DNA from: Dehalococcoidia bacterium
GTDB lineage: Bacteria; Chloroflexota; Dehalococcoidia; Lucifugimonadales; UBA2985
DNA length: 64,000 bases
Assembly: GCA_965218945.1 (NCBI GenBank)
Contig: OZ244718.1
Coordinates: 865,139-929,138, forward strand
Direction: 5' to 3'
In this document: one piece after another, positions 58,461 to 64,000 of the stretch
How the letters are laid out: the number at the start of each line of letters is the position of its first letter
How positions within the stretch are numbered: position 1 is the first letter of the stretch
Made by a program: the position numbers and the translations under genes
Notes under the pieces: model-generated
Database searches by the model: none
The model's input: only the letters and a program-made list of their open reading frames with translations
Told to the model about the DNA's origin: nothing

Positions 58461-60113
58461 GAGCTTGTCTCACAGGTCTGGTTGGGGGATAAGGAAGATG
58501 GTCCGGCTGGGTAAGGCAAGAGGGTATGCGCCAAATGTAGGTATAACAGCCCACGGTGGGCTGAGTTTGCTCTTTGGAATATGCTTGGTCCGGGCCCCCC
58601 TGTTCCGTATACCCCGGTCAGCCCACGCCTTCCACAGGGTGCGCAGGTTGAAGGCCACCCCCAGCAGCGACCACTCGGCCGACACGTTCTGAAGACCCCG
58701 CAAAAGGAACCTCCGCACTCCCAACTGCTCCTTGATAATCCCGAAGACCGGCTCTACGAGGCCCTTCCTGCGCCTGTAGCTCTCCTTGGCCCGGTGCGTG
58801 AGCATCAACTCTCTGTGACGACGCAGTGCCCCTTCATGGGGACCCGCTTCAATGGCTCGCCCGTGACGACCATCTACTGTGCACACCCCAAAGGCAGGAC
58901 ACCTCCGACACACCTTCCCAGAGGAGCGGTACAGACGCATCAGCACCCCTCGCGTGCTCTTCATCCGCGTGAACCGCAGACGCTCCCCATGGGGACACTC
59001 GTAGCTGTCCCTCTCCTCGTCGTAGATGAACCGGTCCTTGTGGTAAGGGTGCGAAAGCGCTCGTTGCTGCGACTCCGGCATCATCACCTGCTGCCCCCTT
59101 ACTTCGCCTTCCTCCAGGTTGCTCCCCGAATGATAGCCTGCATCCGCCAACGTCACCTCAGCCCTGACACCCGTCGTCTCCTCCGCCACCTCCAGCATCG
59201 GAACCAACTGCGAGTGGTCGTTGGGGGCGGTCGTCACCGCCACCGCCGTTATCAACATACCCTTAGTCCCCGCTTCGCTCTCCGTGGGCGACACCATCGC
59301 CTGGGCGTTGTACCCAGGGCCTATCCTCTCTCGCCCCTTCATCAGCCGAGCGTCCCCGTCGGTGAGGTTCACCCGGTTGGAACCCTCATCCTCCTCAAGC
59401 TCCTTCATCGCTCTACGCACCCGCTCTCTCAACTCCATCTTCTCCGACAACTCCGGCGGCATCTGTGCCGGTCCGCCTTCCCCTCCACCCTCGTTCTGAG
59501 CCTCCATATCCTCTATGGCCTTCTCCACCCGCTCCAGCAATCGCCTCAGACCTTCCGCATCCAGGGTCCTGTCCCCACTGGCGTTCGCCCACACCTTCGT
59601 GCCGTCCACCGCCTGCAGGGCCAACTCCACCAGTTCCAGACTCACAGCCGTCTTCACCGTTCGCTTAAGCAGCCTCCGCATCTCCTGCCGATTTCCCTTG
59701 TAGAACCGCCACAGGGTGTTGTGGTCCGGACACTGTCGCCCGCTCAGCCACAGAAAGGGTATCTGTTCCCGACACGCTGCCTCCAGCTTCCGACTCGAAC
59801 GCACCCCTCGCATGAATCCGTACAGCCACGCCCCAAGAAGCGCCCTGGGATGATAGGACGGCGCTCCCATCAAACCCCCATCCACGTCAATCCCCATTTC
59901 CAACCACTCCTCACGACTCAAGCCGTCCACGAACTCCGCTACAAATCGCACCGGATGGTCTGCCGGCGCCAACTCATCAAGACTGGGAGGCAGTATCCAA
60001 GATTGCTCTCGACCCATCGGACGCAGTGGCATATCTTTAGTCCTCCAGCGGCGGTTGTCACTTCCAACTATACCCTAACTTATTACACCCCGCCTGACTT
60101 CTGAGACAAGCTC
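58461..60113 (-). mobile_element. IS1182-like insertion sequence (minimal extent; the maximal extent including the 28-bp perfect inverted repeat is 58445..60129)
   Basis: Perfect inverted repeat gtaggggcggttcgcggagcttgtctca (58445..58472) against its complement at 60102..60129. The outer 16 bp on each side may be a split host palindrome. Confidence 0.85.
58470..60032 (-). CDS. IS1182-family (DUF772 N-terminus plus DDE) transposase
   Basis: N-terminus LPPSLDELAPADHPVRFV..YHPRALLGAWLYGFMRGVRSSRKLE and a DDE region ..AVDGTKV.., LTDGDARLMK, ADAGY. Confidence 0.9.
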   Translation of the reverse strand: MPLRPMGREQSWILPPSLDELAPADHPVRFVAEFVDGLSREEWLEMGIDVDGGLMGAPSYHPRALLGAWLYGFMRGVRSSRKLEAACREQIPFLWLSGRQCPDHNTLWRFYKGNRQEMRRLLKRTVKTAVSLELVELALQAVDGTKVWANASGDRTLDAEGLRRLLERVEKAIEDMEAQNEGGGEGGPAQMPPELSEKMELRERVRRAMKELEEDEGSNRVNLTDGDARLMKGRERIGPGYNAQAMVSPTESEAGTKGMLITAVAVTTAPNDHSQLVPMLEVAEETTGVRAEVTLADAGYHSGSNLEEGEVRGQQVMMPESQQRALSHPYHKDRFIYDEERDSYECPHGERLRFTRMKSTRGVLMRLYRSSGKVCRRCPAFGVCTVDGRHGRAIEAGPHEGALRRHRELMLTHRAKESYRRRKGLVEPVFGIIKEQLGVRRFLLRGLQNVSAEWSLLGVAFNLRTLWKAWADRGIRNRGARTKHIPKSKLSPPWAVIPTFGAYPLALPSRTIFLIPQPDL

Positions 60114-60171
60114 CGCGAACCGCCCCTACGTGGTTCCAGATGCCGTCTGCGCGGAAGTGCCATTGTCATCC

Positions 60172-60224
60172 TTGACACCCTATACGGCCTCTGTTAGCAT
60201 GGATACATCGTATTACGATGTATC
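60172..60224 (+). promoter_or_regulatory. Candidate promoter (TTGACA, 17-bp spacer, TAGCAT) overlapped at the predicted start site by a 23-bp perfect palindrome gATACATCGTAtTACGATGTATc
   Basis: Hexamers at 60172..60177 and 60195..60200. The palindrome at 60202..60224 was read directly from the sequence. Confidence 0.4.
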
Positions 60225-60307
60225 GAAACCAGAAGCAACGGCACTCTGGCCAGACCACTCGGCTGGCCCTTGGCGTCGCAGTCTCTGACGGCAGAAGGGA
60301 GCAAACT

Positions 60308-61357
60308 GTGGAGGCCCAGGGGAACCGCATCGACACAACTCCCGCTATTCTGCGCAAGTACCTGGACGGGGTTGAGGAGGCGCTGGACGAGTTGCTGTCT
60401 CCCAACAACCCGGACATGTCCACCATTCTCAAGTACCACATGGGCTGGGTCGACGAAAGCGGGAATCCCACTCCCCTGAGCCAGGGGAAGCGGCTGCGTC
60501 CCTCCCTCTGCATGTTCGCCTGCGAGGCCGTGGGCGGACTGCCGGAGCAAGCCCTCCCGGTCGCCGCGGCGCTGGAGCTTGTCCACAACTTCTCCCTCAT
60601 CCACGACGACATCCAGGACGGCGACCTGCAGCGCCACCATCGACCCACAGTGTGGGCGGTCTGGGGCAGGCCCAAGGCGCTCCAGGCCGGAAACGTGATG
60701 CGGGTCCTGGCCGACCTGGGCGTTCAGCGACTTGTCGGAGAGAGGCTCGCGCCGGACGTGGTGGCCGGGTGCAGCCGTGCGCTGAGCAACGCCTATCTGG
60801 AGATGATAGAGGGGCAGTACCTGGACATGGACTTCGAGGGCCGGACGGACATAGATACCGCCAGCTATCTGGAGATGGTTGCACGGAAGACTGGTGCGCT
60901 GATTCGTTGCTCGATGCACATGGGGTCTCTGGTGGGCAGCGGCAGTGCCGAGACCGTACAGGCGATGTCGCGGTGCGGCCGCTATCTGGGACTGGCATTT
61001 CAGATAAGGGACGACTACCTGGGCGTATGGGGCTATGAAGAGGAGACGGGGAAGCCGATAGGGAACGACCTGCGGAGGAAGAAGAACTCTCTGCCTCTGG
61101 TGTACGCCCTGGAGAAGGCCGGCAGCGCGGAGAGGGAGCATATACAGTCCATCTACGCCAAGGACGAGGTGGACGACAGGGACGTCGCCTCAATGATGGA
61201 CGTGCTGGAGCAGTTGGGAGTCTCGAGCTACGTTCAGATGCTTGCTCAGAAGCAGGCCGATCTGGCGCAAGAGGCTCTGGAGAGCGTACCGACCACGGAG
61301 CGCGCCAGGGAGGAGATGCAGGAGCTTGTGGAGTTCCTTTTGACTCGCCAGCGCTAG
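60308..61357 (+). CDS. Polyprenyl diphosphate synthase (FPP/GGPP synthase family)
   Basis: FARM LIHDDIQDGD and SARM FQIRDDYLG. GTG start with AAGGGAG RBS preferred over the ATG at 60218, which lies inside the palindrome. Confidence 0.85.
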   Translation: MEAQGNRIDTTPAILRKYLDGVEEALDELLSPNNPDMSTILKYHMGWVDESGNPTPLSQGKRLRPSLCMFACEAVGGLPEQALPVAAALELVHNFSLIHDDIQDGDLQRHHRPTVWAVWGRPKALQAGNVMRVLADLGVQRLVGERLAPDVVAGCSRALSNAYLEMIEGQYLDMDFEGRTDIDTASYLEMVARKTGALIRCSMHMGSLVGSGSAETVQAMSRCGRYLGLAFQIRDDYLGVWGYEEETGKPIGNDLRRKKNSLPLVYALEKAGSAEREHIQSIYAKDEVDDRDVASMMDVLEQLGVSSYVQMLAQKQADLAQEALESVPTTERAREEMQELVEFLLTRQR

Positions 61358-61509
61358 GCGGTCGTCCTCGCATGGTCTGCCCGGATGTGGCGTCGATGTG
61401 TGGAATCGTGCATAACCTGGATGGAGATGTTGCAAAACGTACATCGTTATGCTAGGGTACAATACTATAGCTGCGGTATACCAGCTTTGGCAAGGAGACT
61501 GAGAGGGCA

Positions 61510-61953
61510 ATGAAAGCGAATACCTACTGTATCAAGATGGAGACAACAAAAGCGCCGGAGTTCGTGGATATCACGGACGGGATTTGCCGGTACGTCAAGG
61601 ATTCTGAGGTGCAAAACGGCTTTGCCGTAGTGTACTCAAAGCACACGACCGCTGCTATAAGAATCAACGAGAACGAACCCCTGCTCCTGAACGACATGAC
61701 GGAGTTCCTGGAGAGGGTGGCGTCCCGCAACGGCCACTACCAGCACAACGACTTCTCCATCAGAACGGTGAATATGACCGAGGACGAGTGTCCCAACGGT
61801 CACGCTCATTGCCAGCATCTCTTGCTTGGGACCAGCGAGAACATACCCATAGTGAACGGTCAGCTCCAGTTGGGGACGTGGCAGAGGGTATTTCTAATAG
61901 AGTTGGATATGCCTCGGCCCAGGGAGGTCTTGGTCCAGATACTGGGCGAATGA
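61510..61953 (+). CDS. YjbQ/UPF0047-family protein (secondary thiamine-phosphate synthase-like)
   Basis: Pattern GFAVVYSKHTTAAIRINENE..NGHAHCQHLLLG.S..IP..NG.L.LGTWQ. Confidence 0.85.
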   Translation: MKANTYCIKMETTKAPEFVDITDGICRYVKDSEVQNGFAVVYSKHTTAAIRINENEPLLLNDMTEFLERVASRNGHYQHNDFSIRTVNMTEDECPNGHAHCQHLLLGTSENIPIVNGQLQLGTWQRVFLIELDMPRPREVLVQILGE

Positions 61954-61965
61954 CGAAAGGGCGAC

Positions 61966-62853
61966 ATGGACTCCCTTATAGCGGGCGCTCGCGGCAAGTG
62001 GAGCGTGGAGCAATCGTATGAGTATTGTCGAAAGCTCGCCAAGTCTCACTACGAGAACTTCACCGTCGCCTCGTGGTTCCTTCCCAGGGAGAAACGGCCT
62101 CACGTCTACGCTATATACGCCTTCTGCCGCTTTGTAGACGACCTGGGGGATGAGTCCCCCGGAGACCGCCTGGGCCTTCTGGACTGGTGGGAGAATGAGC
62201 TTCGCAGCTGCTACTCATCTACGCCGACACATCCCATTGCGGTTGCGCTGCGGGAGACGATCCACCGCTTCGAGATTCCCCAGGAGCCGTTCCTGAAGCT
62301 CGTAGAGGCCAACCGTATGGACCAGAAGGTCAGTCGCCACGCCACCTACGATGACCTGCTGCGCTACTGCGACCACTCCGCCAATCCGGTCGGCCACCTG
62401 TTCCTCTATCTGTTCGGGTACCGTGACGAGGAGAGGCAGCGCCTGTCCGACGCCACATGTACGGCGCTCCAGCTGACCAACTTCTGGCAGGACGTGCGCC
62501 GCGACCTGGACATGGGCCGCGTTTATATTCCCCAGGAGGATATGGAGCGCTTCGGGTACACGGAGGAAAAGCTGCACGCCGGGGTGGTCGACGACTCCTT
62601 CAGGGACCTGATGCGCTTCCAGGTGGACCGCGCCAGAGTCCTCTTCGACCAAGGCGCTGAGCTGGTGGATACGGTGGAGGGAGCCGTGCGTTTGGACATA
62701 GCCCTATTTACCCTGGGTGGTCTGCACATCCTGAAGGCGATTGAGCGCCGGAGATACGACGTTCTCAGCAGCCGCCCAACCCTGTCCAAGATCGCCAGGG
62801 CATGGCTTGTCGCAAGGACGGCTGCCGGACTGAAGCTGAAGAGAAAAATCTGA
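61966..62853 (+). CDS. hpnC: Squalene/phytoene synthase family protein, HpnC-like (hydroxysqualene synthase)
   Basis: YENFTVASWFLP..YAFCRFVDDLGDE. First of two paralogues followed by an FAD oxidase, as in hpnCDE. Confidence 0.7.
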   Translation: MDSLIAGARGKWSVEQSYEYCRKLAKSHYENFTVASWFLPREKRPHVYAIYAFCRFVDDLGDESPGDRLGLLDWWENELRSCYSSTPTHPIAVALRETIHRFEIPQEPFLKLVEANRMDQKVSRHATYDDLLRYCDHSANPVGHLFLYLFGYRDEERQRLSDATCTALQLTNFWQDVRRDLDMGRVYIPQEDMERFGYTEEKLHAGVVDDSFRDLMRFQVDRARVLFDQGAELVDTVEGAVRLDIALFTLGGLHILKAIERRRYDVLSSRPTLSKIARAWLVARTAAGLKLKRKI

Positions 62854-62883
62854 ACATCCCGCCATTGGGATCGGGAGACGTTC

Positions 62884-63756
62884 ATGGCCAGTGAGCTGGA
62901 CCAAGCGTACGAGTATTGTCGTAGACTCACCAAGGAGCGCGCCAAGAACTTCTACTACGCCTTCATTACCCTGCCTGCTATTAAGCGAAGGGCTATCTAC
63001 GCCGTCTACGCCTTCTGCCGGCTGTGTGACGACGCCACGGACGACTTCATTGAGGTGGAGGAGAAGATGCGGCTGGTGGCCGAGCAGCGAGCACTGCTTG
63101 CCCGCGCCTGTGCCGGCGAGCCTGAGGGACAGGTGTATGTTGCTCTGGAGGATACCATAAACACCTATAGCTTACCGATGGAGTATCTGGAAGAGGTGAT
63201 CAACGGTGTTGAGATGGATATCTCCAAATCGCGCTACTCTACCTTTGAGGAGCTGAGGGAGTACTGCTATCGCGTGGCTTCGTCGGTGGGGCTGATCTGC
63301 ATCGAGATATTCGGATACAATGCCCCCGGCGCAAGAGAGCACGCGGTTGACCTTGGTCTGGCAATGCAACTCACCAACATCCTCCGGGACGTGGAGGAGG
63401 ATATGGAGCGGGACAGGCTGTACATACCCCAGGAGGAGTTGGCTCGCTTTGGCTGCTCGGAAGAGGACATCTTCCTGGGAAGGGTTGACGACGGCTTCAG
63501 AGACCTCATGAGGTTTCAGGTGGAGCGCGCTCGGGAGTACTTCGTGAAGGGCAAGCAGCTTCTGCCTATGCTGTCGCCCAGGTCCAGGGCCTGCCCGGCA
63601 GTGCTTCACGGCACGTACAGCCGGCTGCTGGACCGCATAGAGGCATCCGACTATAACGTTTTTGGCAGGAGGGTGAGCCTCAGCACCCGCGAGAAGCTTG
63701 TGCTTATGGCGAGGCTATGGGCGAATGGAATAGCGGCAAGGGCCTCGGGAAGGTAG
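62884..63756 (+). CDS. hpnD: Squalene/phytoene synthase family protein, HpnD-like (presqualene diphosphate synthase)
   Basis: KNFYYAFITLP..YAFCRLCDDATD, with a second Asp-rich segment NILRDVEEDMERDRLYIP. Confidence 0.7.
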   Translation: MASELDQAYEYCRRLTKERAKNFYYAFITLPAIKRRAIYAVYAFCRLCDDATDDFIEVEEKMRLVAEQRALLARACAGEPEGQVYVALEDTINTYSLPMEYLEEVINGVEMDISKSRYSTFEELREYCYRVASSVGLICIEIFGYNAPGAREHAVDLGLAMQLTNILRDVEEDMERDRLYIPQEELARFGCSEEDIFLGRVDDGFRDLMRFQVERAREYFVKGKQLLPMLSPRSRACPAVLHGTYSRLLDRIEASDYNVFGRRVSLSTREKLVLMARLWANGIAARASGR

Positions 63757-64000
63757 TAGTTGTCGGCGGAGGGCTGGCGGGTATGGCCGCCGCCTGCGAC
63801 CTCGCCGACCGCGGCCATCCGGTGGTCCTGATGGAGAAGAGACCCTTCCTTGGCGGCAGGGCGTTCTCCTTTCCTGAGCCAGACACCGGCCAGGAGATAG
63901 ACAACGGCCAGCACGTCTTTCTGGGCTGCTGCACGGCCTACATGGACTTCCTGGAGAAGCTGGGGGCGTTGGACAATACCCACATCCCTCCGAGGCTGGA
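63717..64000 (+). CDS. hpnE: FAD-dependent amine-oxidase-type oxidoreductase, HpnE-like, 3'-truncated by the window edge
   Basis: The frame stays open to the window end. Dinucleotide-binding motif VVVVGGGLAGMAAACDLADRGHPVVLMEKRPFLGGR. The ATG at 63717 overlaps hpnD; the start is tentative. Confidence 0.65.
   Translation, partial: MGEWNSGKGLGKVVVVGGGLAGMAAACDLADRGHPVVLMEKRPFLGGRAFSFPEPDTGQEIDNGQHVFLGCCTAYMDFLEKLGALDNTHIPPRL

Noticed and set aside
58445-58472. Reading the full 28-bp perfect inverted repeat as the IS terminal repeat with no target duplication
   Set aside because: Not fully rejected, but considered less likely than insertion into a REP palindrome. The outer 16 bp reconstitute a palindrome that occurs free-standing at 42749..42778 and in degenerate form at 50370..50395.

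Overview
GC-rich bacterial chromosomal window of about 65 genes, mostly housekeeping. The gene content suggests an aerobic Chloroflexota-like organism, but that taxon call is only an inference. Supporting content: two DUF385 deazaflavin-type oxidoreductases, PolX, a caa3-type oxidase cluster, a T-box-controlled ilv-leu operon and hpnCDE squalene genes. Core genes present: tsaD (partial), nadX, prs, secA, polX, valS, ctaC-D-E-F-G-A-B plus SCO, dnaN, leuA, ilvC, ilvN, ilvB, glyQS, sbcD, a polyprenyl synthase and hpnC/D/E (hpnE partial). Accessory content: (1) an AT-richer two-gene module at 53.8-56.7 kb, a beta-class DNA methyltransferase translationally coupled to a 664-aa nuclease-like/DGQHR/HEPN fusion. 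It lies between glyQS and sbcD alongside a DUF4258/DUF2283 pair and an orphan HicB, and it is bracketed by duplicated host gene ends. This is my best candidate for an undescribed defence system. (2) A Dam-like MTase, C-protein and putative REase cassette wedged between ilvN and ilvC of the T-box-regulated operon. (3) Two IS elements, one ISNCY-like and one IS1182-like, both sitting inside REP-like repeat clusters. (4) Several dispersed hairpin-repeat or MITE-like families. (5) Tandem plant-type LRR lipoprotein genes. (6) A cytochrome oxidase subunit IV-azurin fusion. (7) A circularly permuted ATP-grasp / transglutaminase / alpha-E cluster. I recognised no rRNA, tRNA or CRISPR array by eye. All family assignments come from reading motifs in the translations; no database search was run.
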